Below, piece by piece: positions 21,521-29,864 of a DNA stretch of 64,000 nucleotides. The notes under the pieces were generated by a model. It made no database searches. It was not told where the DNA came from and was given only the letters and a program-made list of their open reading frames with translations. Source of the DNA: Longimicrobiales bacterium (GTDB lineage: Bacteria > Gemmatimonadota > Gemmatimonadetes > Longimicrobiales > Gaopeijiaceae); assembly GCA_965116905.1 (NCBI GenBank), contig OZ220732.1, forward strand, positions 2,496,001 to 2,560,000, given 5' to 3'. The translations under genes were made by a program, and so were the position numbers. Positions within the stretch are counted from its first letter, which is position 1. Every line of letters starts with the position of its first letter.

Positions 21521-22669
21521 ATGACCCGGGAAGACAGGTTCAGTCACCTCGTCGAGAACATGTACAAGGCGGCGCTGGCGGAGGGAAGATGGGTCTCGGT
21601 GGCCGGCCTGATCGACGACGCGATCTCCACGATCGGCCATAGCCTGACGTACGTGGAGGTGGGTCCGGAGGGGCAGTCCGATATCTGGCTTTCTCAGTTC
21701 TTTGTCGACAGCGAGCGTCGGGAGGACCTGCGGCAACTCTATTTCGGGGACTACTTCAAGCGAGACGAAGCGATTCCCCGGCTCGCCGGACTTCGCGACG
21801 GCGAACTGGTACACAAGGCGGATCTCTACACCGATCTCGAGAAGAAAAGATCCCCCGTATACGCGTTTCGCACGCAGCAGTACACGGAAGACGGCCTCTT
21901 CATGGCGATCGACGGGCTGGACGGCACGGCGATCGTCTGGTCCTGCGGCAACACCACCGAACGCTGCGGTTGGGGGCACGATCAGATCAGGACCATCCAG
22001 CGCCTGGCGCCTCACATCCGGCAGTTCTCGCGCGTGCGGCGTGCGTTGGCCAAGGCCGACGCGTTGGGCGCGTCATTTGCCGGGTTGCTGGAGAACAAGG
22101 GGCTGGGGTTGATCCAGCTGGATGGCCGCGGACGCATTGTGGAGGCGAACGACCGCGCCCGCGATGTCCTGCTGAAACGAGACGGGCTGCGCGACGACAG
22201 GGGCGTTCTTGTTGCTGTGCACAATGGGGAAAACGACGAGTTGCAGCGCCTGTTGGCGCAGGTGTCTCCCCCTTTTGGCGATCAGGGCACCGGCGGTTCG
22301 ATGAAGGTCACGCGGACAGAGACCCGAGCGCCGCTGGTCCTCGAAATCCACCCTGTGCAGGCAATGAAGACGAATCATTGCATGCATCAGGTCAGGGCAC
22401 TGGTGCTGGTTGTCGACCCGGCGCTCCGACCGCGTGTAGATCCGGACCTGGCAGCCGCGGCGTTAGGCCTGACGCCCGCGGAGAGCCGAGTGGCCGTGGC
22501 CATAGCGTCGGGGGACACGGTTGCCCGCATCGCACTCACGCTGAGCTGCGCCGAAAGCACCGTGAAGACTCACGTCAAGCGAGTCTACCGCAAGCTGGGG
22601 ATCCACAAGCAGACGGAACTCGTGCAGAGGGTGCTGTCACTGGAGGCCTTTCGAACGTCGGTCCGCTAG
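21521..22669 (+). CDS. LuxR-type HTH transcriptional regulator with GAF/PAS-like N-terminus
   Basis: LTPAESRVA...IA..LSCAESTVKTHVKRVYRKLG; PAS-like LDGRGRIVEAN. Confidence 0.88.
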   Translation: MTREDRFSHLVENMYKAALAEGRWVSVAGLIDDAISTIGHSLTYVEVGPEGQSDIWLSQFFVDSERREDLRQLYFGDYFKRDEAIPRLAGLRDGELVHKADLYTDLEKKRSPVYAFRTQQYTEDGLFMAIDGLDGTAIVWSCGNTTERCGWGHDQIRTIQRLAPHIRQFSRVRRALAKADALGASFAGLLENKGLGLIQLDGRGRIVEANDRARDVLLKRDGLRDDRGVLVAVHNGENDELQRLLAQVSPPFGDQGTGGSMKVTRTETRAPLVLEIHPVQAMKTNHCMHQVRALVLVVDPALRPRVDPDLAAAALGLTPAESRVAVAIASGDTVARIALTLSCAESTVKTHVKRVYRKLGIHKQTELVQRVLSLEAFRTSVR

Positions 22670-22739
22670 ACGTGGTCCTCGTCCGCTAGAACCGGAATGC
22701 CAGGTTCACGATGGGACGGATCTCCGCCTGGTCAGTCGG

Positions 22740-23084
22740 CTAAAGGGCCAACACCAGCCTCAGCCCGCTCTCGACGTGGCCCATGAGTCTTCGGGAAACC
22801 TGTCCGGCTCGGTCGGTGAGGTAGTCCTCATCAATCGTCAGCAGCTGCGTGACATTCGCGACCGAGTCCCTGGGTAGGCCGGTGCTCGCCGCCTGAAGGA
22901 GCACATTGCCCGGAGCGTCGAGGAGCCGCGTATTCGAGGAAAGGGCCACGCCGATGACGGTTCGGAGCCTGCTTCGGTTGAATGCGTCCGCCTGGACGAT
23001 GAGGACGGGGCGCCGAAACCCGGGTTCGGATTTGCGCGGCTCGTCCAGGTCCGCCCACCATACTTCCCGGCGTGCGACTACCAA
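22740..23084 (-). CDS. mazF: PemK/MazF family toxin
   Basis: RREVWWADL..SEPGFRRPVLIVQADAFNRS, GLPRDSVANVTQLLTID. Confidence 0.93.
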   Translation of the reverse strand: MVVARREVWWADLDEPRKSEPGFRRPVLIVQADAFNRSRLRTVIGVALSSNTRLLDAPGNVLLQAASTGLPRDSVANVTQLLTIDEDYLTDRAGQVSRRLMGHVESGLRLVLAL

Positions 23085-23311
23085 TCTTCGGCTACCGACC
23101 GAGCCTGTGCCCGGCGCATGTCAGGATCGATTCCGCTGGGCGAATCGGCGTAGACGGAGTTCAGCCTTGCGGTAACGTCGGCGTCACGGTGCTTCGCCAC
23201 GTACTCCGCGACGGCGGTCGCGTAGAGTGCGCTTCGGGAAACCCCTAGCCGATTCGCAAGAGAATCGGCCGAGGCGAACACCGTGTCGGGAAGTGAAATC
23301 GTCGTTTTCAT
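23078..23311 (-). CDS. Ribbon-helix-helix antitoxin (MazE/ChpI-like)
   Basis: MKTTISLPDTVFASAD.LA.RLGVSRSALYATAV; overlaps the toxin start; start moved to ATG 23311. Confidence 0.88.
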   Translation of the reverse strand: MKTTISLPDTVFASADSLANRLGVSRSALYATAVAEYVAKHRDADVTARLNSVYADSPSGIDPDMRRAQARSVAEDW

Positions 23312-23346
23312 ACTGTAGTCATACTGTGGTATGAAGGCGGAGTCAA
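23308..23346 (-). promoter_or_regulatory. TA promoter/operator, probably leaderless
   Basis: Minus strand TTGACT-N17-TATGAC-N6-ATG; palindrome TCATAC-N4-GTATGA (23319-23334) and a second TCATACTGT over the start codon. Confidence 0.7.
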
Positions 23347-23364
23347 GTCGGAAGGTCGGACTTA

Positions 23365-23409
23365 TTGACGCCACCGGTTCCGTCGTTATATTGGTAACCA
23401 TATGGTTAC
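23365..23409 (+). promoter_or_regulatory. ArsR promoter and operator
   Basis: TTGACG-N16-TATATT, then perfect 16-bp palindrome GTAACCATATGGTTAC (23394-23409) over the ATG. Confidence 0.8.
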
Positions 23410-23782
23410 GCTTCATTCTCCACTCGACGCGACCTTTCACGCGCTGGCCGACCCCACGCGCCGGGCGATCCTTGCGCGACTTGCCGATGGAGAGGCCACG
23501 GTCGGTGAACTGGCGGCGCCGTTCGAAATCTCGCGTCCGGCGATTTCCAAACACCTGCGTGTGCTGGAGCGCGCGGGCCTCGTGGATCGGACTCGGGAGG
23601 GGCGCACGACCCGTTGTGCGCTCGACGCCCGCCCGATGAGCGAGGCCGCGGACTGGGTGGAGACCTACCGGACGTTCTGGGAGGTCCAGCTCGCTGCCCT
23701 TGCGTGCCTTTTCGAGTCGGAAGCGGCCCCAGGCACCGCCCGGAACGTCAGGCGCACCACCCCGAATGGAGAGACGGAATGA
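23402..23782 (+). CDS. ArsR/SmtB family regulator
   Basis: FHALADPTRRAILARL, ISRPAISKHLRVLERAGLV. Confidence 0.93.
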   Translation: MVTLHSPLDATFHALADPTRRAILARLADGEATVGELAAPFEISRPAISKHLRVLERAGLVDRTREGRTTRCALDARPMSEAADWVETYRTFWEVQLAALACLFESEAAPGTARNVRRTTPNGETE

Positions 23783-24219
23783 CGAACGATCCCGAAGGAA
23801 CCCTCCGAGTCTCGAGAGTGATTCCGGCTGACCCGGAGGCGGTGTTCCGCGCCTGGACCCACCCGGATCTGATCCCGCGATGGCACGGCCCGCCCGGCGG
23901 GAAAATACTCGACGTGCAACTCGATCTCGCGGAGGGCGGAGCGTTCAGCCTGCGCATGGAGGGGGCAGACGGAAGACTCTACCATGTATTCGGAGTATAC
24001 GAGGAGGTCACAGCCCCGCGACGGCTGGTCTACACCTGGGACGTGGAAGGCGCGGACGACTGGGTGGGCGAGACCCTGGTGACAGTGGAATTCCTGCGCG
24101 AAGGCAAGTCGACTCGGGTCGTCATCACCCACGAGGGATTCCCCACGGCCAAGGATACCGAAGGCCCTCGCGGCGGCTGGACGGGATGCCTGGATCACCT
24201 GGAGGGCGTGTTCGTCTGA
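23779..24219 (+). CDS. SRPBCC/AHSA1 domain protein
   Basis: RVIPADPEAVFRAWTHP, GVYEEV..PRRLVYTW, TLVTVEF, GGWTGCLDHL; ATGA overlap. Confidence 0.9.
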   Translation: MTNDPEGTLRVSRVIPADPEAVFRAWTHPDLIPRWHGPPGGKILDVQLDLAEGGAFSLRMEGADGRLYHVFGVYEEVTAPRRLVYTWDVEGADDWVGETLVTVEFLREGKSTRVVITHEGFPTAKDTEGPRGGWTGCLDHLEGVFV

Positions 24220-24285
24220 TCTGCTCCAATCGCAGGAGATATCCGTCAGACGTCGCCGAGCCACGGCAAGTTTCTGAGATTATTG

Positions 24286-24313
24286 TTGATTATTGACGAT
24301 TTTCTGTTATAAT
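24286..24313 (+). promoter_or_regulatory. Sigma-70 promoter with extended -10, probably leaderless
   Basis: TTGATT-N16-TATAAT with TGn just upstream of -10; ATG 6 nt downstream. Confidence 0.7.
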
Positions 24314-24319
24314 CGACTT

Positions 24320-25525
24320 ATGATACATACATTTTCGGTATCCAATTACGGGTCCATACGTGAGGAAGTGACCCTCGATCTGCGAATCCCGGGTACGGCG
24401 CCGGACTTGGCTTGCTTCCGCCGGAGCGCAGCCAGGCCGGATGTTCGGCTGCCCGCGGTCGCCGTTCTGATTGGGCCAAACGGGTCGGGCAAGACGACAT
24501 TGCTGCGGGCGTTGGTGGACTTGGGGCGGATGGGTTCTTCGCCGACCGAACCCGTCACTCTGTTGCCATTCTCTTCGCGCGAGACAAGGTGGGCGCCGAC
24601 GCGCTTCGCCCTCGAGGGCGAAACAGATTTCCTGGCACCGGGCGAGTGTCCGCGAAGGTTCCGGTACGAACTGGAGATTGGACGGCAGTCGACGGACGAC
24701 GGGGGGGACGGCCCTATGTTCGTGAATCACGAAGCCTTGGTCCATTTTCCCAAGGGACGCCGCCGCAGACTCCTGGAGCGGCGATCCCCCAGGGAGCCGA
24801 TCTACGTTGCCCGGGAATTCGGTCTCACAGCCCGGGACGATCGCCTGAAGGGGGTCGAGCCCAACCGGTCGGCGGTCGCCACGCTGGCCTTGGTCAACGT
24901 GCCCGCCGCAAACCGGTTCGCGGAATACCTCAGCAACTCGCTGCGCGTCGCGAGCAACATCTCGGGCAATGACACTCTCACGCCGGATACTTCGACCGTC
25001 ATCGGGTGGTTGGAGGGTAGTGGTGAAGCAAGGGAGTGGGTGCGCGGACAAGTCCGACAAAGCGATCTCGGAATCGAGGACATCGAGGTCGTCGACGGAT
25101 TCGGTGGCAAGCACATCCGTTTCAATCACAGGGGATTGGATGGGCCGATCGTCCTCGGTCTGGAGTCCAGGGGTACTCGGAACCTGATTCACCTGCTGCC
25201 ATTGATCAGGTTGGCGCTGGATGTAACCGGATTGGCGGTTTTGGATGAAGTCGACGGTGCCCTTCACGTCGACACGTTGGCGGAGATCCTCAACCAGTTT
25301 CGGTCCCGCGAAACCAATCCGCGCAATGCCCAGCTCATCTTGTCCTCGCACCACGTCGGCTTGCTCGACGATCTGGAAAAGGAAGAGGTCTTCATCGTCG
25401 AGAAGGACGATAGCGGTGCCACCCGGGTGTACGGCGCACAAGACGTCAAGGGTCTGCGCCGTGACGTGCGTCTGTATCCGAAGTACCGGGCGGGTGTGCT
25501 CGGCGGGCTGCCCAGAATCGGTTGA
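24320..25525 (+). CDS. AAA_21 / RloA-like ABC-type ATPase, no RloB partner
   Basis: FSVSNYGSI, GPNGSGKTTLL, ESRGT, LDEVDGALH, QLILSSHH, C-terminal YRAGVLGGLP. Confidence 0.85.
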   Translation: MIHTFSVSNYGSIREEVTLDLRIPGTAPDLACFRRSAARPDVRLPAVAVLIGPNGSGKTTLLRALVDLGRMGSSPTEPVTLLPFSSRETRWAPTRFALEGETDFLAPGECPRRFRYELEIGRQSTDDGGDGPMFVNHEALVHFPKGRRRRLLERRSPREPIYVAREFGLTARDDRLKGVEPNRSAVATLALVNVPAANRFAEYLSNSLRVASNISGNDTLTPDTSTVIGWLEGSGEAREWVRGQVRQSDLGIEDIEVVDGFGGKHIRFNHRGLDGPIVLGLESRGTRNLIHLLPLIRLALDVTGLAVLDEVDGALHVDTLAEILNQFRSRETNPRNAQLILSSHHVGLLDDLEKEEVFIVEKDDSGATRVYGAQDVKGLRRDVRLYPKYRAGVLGGLPRIG

Positions 25526-25547
25526 GGCGCGATGCGGGGACCCCGGC

Positions 25548-25829
25548 CTACGGCTCCCGAAAGAAGTCAATCCTGCAGCGCAACGGGCCCGCGAGGGCGA
25601 CCCTGTGAGGCAGGCCGGGCCGGATCGTGACGCGGTCGGGTGCCGGGATCAGCCGCTCGTCGCCGGTCTCGAGGTTCACGAATCGCAGGCTGCCCTCGAG
25701 CACGTTCAGCACGCCCCAGTGTCCCGGCGCCAGGGTGTGCTCGGCTTGCAGGGCGTCCGGCAGCGTGTCCTGTGTGAAGATTGGAGATGTTCCGCCTGGT
25801 ACGAGTCCATCGGGCAATCGGTCGGTCAT
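25548..25829 (-). CDS. DUF1971 family cupin (TehB-associated)
   Basis: SPIFTQDTLPDAL..EHTL..GHWGVLNVLEGSLRF, PHRV. Confidence 0.8.
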   Translation of the reverse strand: MTDRLPDGLVPGGTSPIFTQDTLPDALQAEHTLAPGHWGVLNVLEGSLRFVNLETGDERLIPAPDRVTIRPGLPHRVALAGPLRCRIDFFREP

Positions 25830-25931
25830 GGTCTTTGGAGGTTGACGCAACGAGGCAGGGGAGGACCCCGGGGGGCCGGTGGGGAGTACCATTCGGGCAC
25901 AGGGCCCAGTTCAGTCCGTATCGTAAGGGCG

Positions 25932-27476
25932 ATGAACAAACACCTGCAATCAACCGCGTTGCTGTTCGCCCTGGTCGGCGCGATTCCCGAACCCGCGGCC
26001 GCCCAAGAAGTTCGCCGGATGGCGGCGTTCATCTCTCCGAACGTCGCTTGCCGGGTAGCGCCGTCCTCTTCGGCGGAAGTGGCGGGGTTCCTCCGGCAGC
26101 CGGGGGAGTTCAGAGAGGCCATCGTCGAAGAGACGGGACGCACCGAGACGGACGATGCCGGAGAGGTCTGGGTCTACGTGGGCCCGGACTACACCAGGTG
26201 GGCGGGACTTGGCACGGGTTGCTGGGTTCATGATTCGGTGCTGGCTCCGATCGACGGGTACGCCCTGACGGAGGCTCACCTGCTGCTGATGGCCGACGGC
26301 CTGCTGTCCGCCCCCGAGGGACGAACGCTGGCCGACCTGGTGGCCTACCACAACGTGTTCAGGCATCCGCGCTACCGGGAGATGGTCGAACGGTCGCCGG
26401 TTCTCGTTGCCCGGCGGCAGGATCTACTCGCCAGGGCGCTTCGGGTGGTGGAGACCGAGAGGCTGGCCGCACGCGATCCGCTGGTGGTCGCCTGGCTCGA
26501 AACGCTCGGTGAGGAGGCCGGGGGTGCGTTGCCGGCCAGGGAAGCTCCGGAAGCTACCGCGCCGGGGGCCCGGGCACTTGCCATCATCGCGCCCGATGTC
26601 GCATGCCGCAGCGCTCCCGCCGCCGACCCGACGCCGCGCGCGGCCACGCTTCGTCTGGACCATCACTTCACGGCGGAGCGGGCCGACACGACGGTCTCCG
26701 GCAACGACTGGACCTTCGTCTTCGACGGCTGCTGGGTGCCCGCCTCCCTGACCGCGTCGGCGGACTCCGGCGAGCACGTCCTGGCGATCGCCGACCGGTT
26801 CCTGTCAGCTGGCGAGGGGAGGTCGACGGACAACCTGCTGCAGGTCTACAACGTGCTGTCCGGCTGGAACAGTGGCCACCGGGACGCGGTGGAGGCTTCG
26901 GGCATCCTGGGCCTGCGGCGGCTCGAATTGATCGAGCGCTGGCTGGCCACCTTCAAATCCCGCGATGCGGATCCCCTGACCCGCGCCGTGGTCCGGTCCC
27001 TCGACGATGAGGTGCTGCACTTCGACCCCGCGGGCGTGTGGATCCTGCGCGACGATGCCTGGCTGGCCCTGTACGAACGACACCGAGGCCGCCCGGAAGC
27101 GCACGATATCCTGTGGAAGCTTGCGACGTCGGCAGTCCACGAAGACTGCGAAGGCAGCTTCGCCTGTCACGCGCGCGGTTGGGTTCTTAACAGGGTGGGC
27201 CGGTACTGGGTCGCCTACCCCGGTGGTCCACACGTTGCCGAGGCGGTGACACGGGCGCGCGACCGACTACGGTGGTCCCTGGAGTGGTGCAATGCTGCCC
27301 GCGATGCCGACCCCGGTTCCCGGGAAGCCCGGCGGTGGGAATTCGCGGGGTGGGATGAGAACGACGCGGAGACGGTCCGGGAGTTGCGAGCGTCGCTACG
27401 CGATGTGGCCGAGGACGACAAGGCGCCGCTGGTGGAGTTGCTGGACGCGCTGGAGGGGTGTGCGGGGGGTGGGTGA
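25932..27476 (+). CDS. Hypothetical secreted protein with duplicated SH3-like + helical module
   Basis: Signal peptide; FISPNVACRVAP..W..GCWV..HLLLMAD.LLSA.EGR repeated as IIAPDVACRSAP..W..GCWV..HVLAIAD.FLSA.EGR. Confidence 0.7.
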   Translation: MNKHLQSTALLFALVGAIPEPAAAQEVRRMAAFISPNVACRVAPSSSAEVAGFLRQPGEFREAIVEETGRTETDDAGEVWVYVGPDYTRWAGLGTGCWVHDSVLAPIDGYALTEAHLLLMADGLLSAPEGRTLADLVAYHNVFRHPRYREMVERSPVLVARRQDLLARALRVVETERLAARDPLVVAWLETLGEEAGGALPAREAPEATAPGARALAIIAPDVACRSAPAADPTPRAATLRLDHHFTAERADTTVSGNDWTFVFDGCWVPASLTASADSGEHVLAIADRFLSAGEGRSTDNLLQVYNVLSGWNSGHRDAVEASGILGLRRLELIERWLATFKSRDADPLTRAVVRSLDDEVLHFDPAGVWILRDDAWLALYERHRGRPEAHDILWKLATSAVHEDCEGSFACHARGWVLNRVGRYWVAYPGGPHVAEAVTRARDRLRWSLEWCNAARDADPGSREARRWEFAGWDENDAETVRELRASLRDVAEDDKAPLVELLDALEGCAGGG

Positions 27477-27534
27477 ATCATGCGGAGTCCGCGTCCGGTT
27501 CATTGGGCAGAGGGTCACACCCGCCAGATTCCGA

Positions 27535-27990
27535 TCACGCTCCCTGCGCCCAAACAACCAACTCTTCAGCCGTCTCGCATTCGGAGACCCTGGCGGCGAT
27601 CGCGGCGATTCGATCCGGGTTGGACACCCGAGCGAGCACCGGGGCGAGGTCGTCCGCGGCCCCGGGACCGAATCTCCGCGTGACCATTCGCATGACCAGA
27701 TCGCGTTCCCCCTCGAGGCGGCCCCGCTCCAGCCACCGCTGGTCCCGCTCCTTCCCCCATTCCCGTGCCCGCTCGATCAACGTCGTCATCCTTGCCTCCT
27801 CGTCCTTCGTGAGCCTGAGATCGTCCGGCAGGTCTTCAACGATGACGTACTCCGGCGTTGTCCCGGTCCTGTTCCCACCTGCGGCCTTGCGAACCACGCC
27901 GGGGACTTTCCCGGCAACTCTGCTGACCGCGTCCATTCCTGCCTGAACCGTGCGCACACCTCGTCTGCCGATCTCGGTTGCGGAGTCCAT
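27535..27990 (-). CDS. Rpn/YhgA C-terminal-like (DUF4351-type) protein; internal GAGGAGG-ATG at 27789 gives an 84-aa form
   Basis: MTTLIERAREW...ERGRLEGERDLVMRMVTRRFG...IAARVSECETAEEL. Confidence 0.6.
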   Translation of the reverse strand: MDSATEIGRRGVRTVQAGMDAVSRVAGKVPGVVRKAAGGNRTGTTPEYVIVEDLPDDLRLTKDEEARMTTLIERAREWGKERDQRWLERGRLEGERDLVMRMVTRRFGPGAADDLAPVLARVSNPDRIAAIAARVSECETAEELVVWAQGA

Positions 27991-28116
27991 GATCTCCTCG
28001 ATTGTCGAACCCCGTTGGTCGAAGCTACCCGCCTGGTGCTCCCGGTAGAAGTCGATCCTGCAGCATAGTCGACCCTCGAGGCGATGGGGGACGGGAGAAG
28101 GTGAATGATGGTGATA

Positions 28117-28134
28117 TGACTAAGGGATTAGTCA
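28117..28134. promoter_or_regulatory. Palindromic operator-like site
   Basis: TGACTAA-GGGA-TTAGTCA in a divergent intergenic region. Confidence 0.5.
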
Positions 28135-28196
28135 ATCTGGCTGGCCGAAAGGGGCACGGGGCCGGCAACGTCGGCAGGCCCCTCGGACCTTACCTG

Positions 28197-28217
28197 AGTT
28201 ATCATTAACTGATAACT
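28197..28217 (+). promoter_or_regulatory. TA autoregulatory operator
   Basis: AGTTATCA-TTAAC-TGATAACT, 6 nt before the toxin ATG. Confidence 0.7.
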
Positions 28218-28223
28218 TCCGTA

Positions 28224-28595
28224 ATGACGACACCTGACCGCGATCCGGGGCTGGACACGCTGCTCCACCTTCACGGCGAGACGCTTTTCGTGGACGATGC
28301 GGGCCACTGGGTGAAGTTCGTCGTGGTGCAGACCGAGGTGACGCCGGAACGGCCACACGGCCTTCGCTACTCGCTGACGCTGCACGCGCCGGATGGCGCC
28401 AGGCTGGTCGGATTCGACAACGCGCACCCGGTGAGGGAGCGTCGAGGCCCAGGCGGCGGGCAACGAGTGAAGCGCGACCACCGGCATCGCTTGCGGACAA
28501 TCCGGCCCTACGAATACGAAAACGCGGCCAAGCTGCTCGCGGACTTCTGGGAGGAAGTCGACCACGTGCTTCGAGAGAGAGGATCGATTCCATGA
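28224..28595 (+). CDS. DUF6516 / TumE-like toxin
   Basis: RPHGLRYSLTLH.PDGARLVGFDNAH, DHRH, PYEY.NAAKLLADFW. Confidence 0.8.
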   Translation: MTTPDRDPGLDTLLHLHGETLFVDDAGHWVKFVVVQTEVTPERPHGLRYSLTLHAPDGARLVGFDNAHPVRERRGPGGGQRVKRDHRHRLRTIRPYEYENAAKLLADFWEEVDHVLRERGSIP

Positions 28596-28987
28596 AGACA
28601 CTGAAGATCGGTATCGCCGACTACGACCAGATGAAGGCGCGCACCATGGCCATTGCCCGTGGCGAGCACACGCCTGCGAGTGGTGAGCCCAAGGTCTGGT
28701 TCACGTCCATCGAGAGCTTCGCAAGGCTGCTTTCTGAGCATAACAGGCATCTCCTGGAACTGATTGCCCGCGAGCGGCCGCGGTCGCTGACGGAGCTTGC
28801 GGAACTGGCCGGGCGCAGCAAGTCCAATCTCTCGCGAACCCTGAAGACGATGTCGCAATACGGACTCGTCGAATTGCGGCGAGGCGTGCGCGGCAGGCTG
28901 GTGCCGCGGGTGCCCTACGACCAGGTGAGGCTCGATGTCTCGTTGACGGGGACGAGCAGTAGTGGGTCGGTCGGTGTCAGCCCGTGA
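28592..28987 (+). CDS. HTH antitoxin (TumA / HVO_A0114-like)
   Basis: VWFTSIESFARLLS.NR.LL, SLTELAELAGRSKSNLSRTLK; ATGA overlap with the toxin. Confidence 0.8.
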   Translation: MKTLKIGIADYDQMKARTMAIARGEHTPASGEPKVWFTSIESFARLLSEHNRHLLELIARERPRSLTELAELAGRSKSNLSRTLKTMSQYGLVELRRGVRGRLVPRVPYDQVRLDVSLTGTSSSGSVGVSP

Positions 28988-29004
28988 ACGGCTCAGAGGT
29001 GACC
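28897..29004 (+). repeat. 108-bp direct repeat, copy 1 (3' end of the antitoxin gene)
   Basis: Aligns without gaps to 29740-29847; 7 mismatches counted by eye. Confidence 0.9.
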
Positions 29005-29074
29005 GAGAGAACTCCATACCGACGACCCTATCGGCATTCAGCGTCCAGACATTCGTCGCTATGGCCGATCAGCA

Positions 29075-29110
29075 AGCGGGCCACCGGGATCGGAACCCCG
29101 GTGGCCCGCT
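29075..29110. terminator. Strong hairpin between convergent genes
   Basis: AGCGGGCCACCGGG-N8-CCCGGTGGCCCGCT, perfect 14-bp stem, no U-tract. Confidence 0.65.
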
Positions 29111-29123
29111 GACCATCCGCTAG

Positions 29124-29672
29124 TCAGCCTTCCCATCCGTCTCCGTGTCGGATGACCAGCCAGAGATGCTCGTCAGGGTAGTTACGGGCAGCGTCGTCGA
29201 TGGGGAACCGTGCGATGTCGACGCACAGCGCACCGCAGTTCAGTTGCTCGTCTGCGTATCCAGGGTGGGCATGTCGCACGATCATGACCTGCCAGTTTCT
29301 GCGGTCGGCCAGCGTCCACGAGATGCTGCCCTCTGCTACGGGTGCGCCGTGCTGGTGAAGCCGCGCGAAGATCCGCACCTCGCCGCTGTTCTCGAAAGAG
29401 ACAGGTCCGTAGGTCATGCCGTCGAAATCGGAGGCGTGGATGACCAGATCGGGCCCTCCCGGCAGAAACACCTCGACCTCGAGTCCGGCCAGGCCGGCGG
29501 AGTCCGTGAGGGCATTGTTGACCGTCACCTGCCGACCGGACCCGATCGGCCACTCCGCGTCGTGGACGGGCGGCGTCCCCGGATCGCCCGCCACGACTTC
29601 AAGCTGCGTGTCCTGGAACAGGCCGCAGGCGCCGAACGCGGCCACCGCGGCCAGTGCTCGCATGATCCTCAT
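29124..29672 (-). CDS. Hypothetical lipoprotein
   Basis: GGGAGG RBS; MRIMRALAAVAAFGAC lipobox-like; CGALC near the C-terminus. Confidence 0.6.
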   Translation of the reverse strand: MRIMRALAAVAAFGACGLFQDTQLEVVAGDPGTPPVHDAEWPIGSGRQVTVNNALTDSAGLAGLEVEVFLPGGPDLVIHASDFDGMTYGPVSFENSGEVRIFARLHQHGAPVAEGSISWTLADRRNWQVMIVRHAHPGYADEQLNCGALCVDIARFPIDDAARNYPDEHLWLVIRHGDGWEG

Positions 29673-29739
29673 CGCCTCCCGCCCTATTTCCCGACTGTTG
29701 ACCCGGTTCCCCATGCACCATACGAAGTCCGCAAGGAAA

Positions 29740-29847
29740 GCTGGCGCCGCGGGTGCCCTACGACCAGGTCAGGCACGATATCTCGTTGACGGGGACGAGG
29801 AGTAGTGGGTCGGTCGGTGTCAGCCCATGAATGGCTCAGAGGTGACC
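29740..29847 (+). repeat. 108-bp direct repeat, copy 2
   Basis: Matches 28897-29004. Confidence 0.9.
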
Positions 29848-29864
29848 CACGGCCATCCGACCGC

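Noticed and set aside
28897..29847. Integron cassette or IS element
   Set aside because: The repeats are coding-derived direct repeats without attC dyad structure; no integrase, transposase or terminal inverted repeats.
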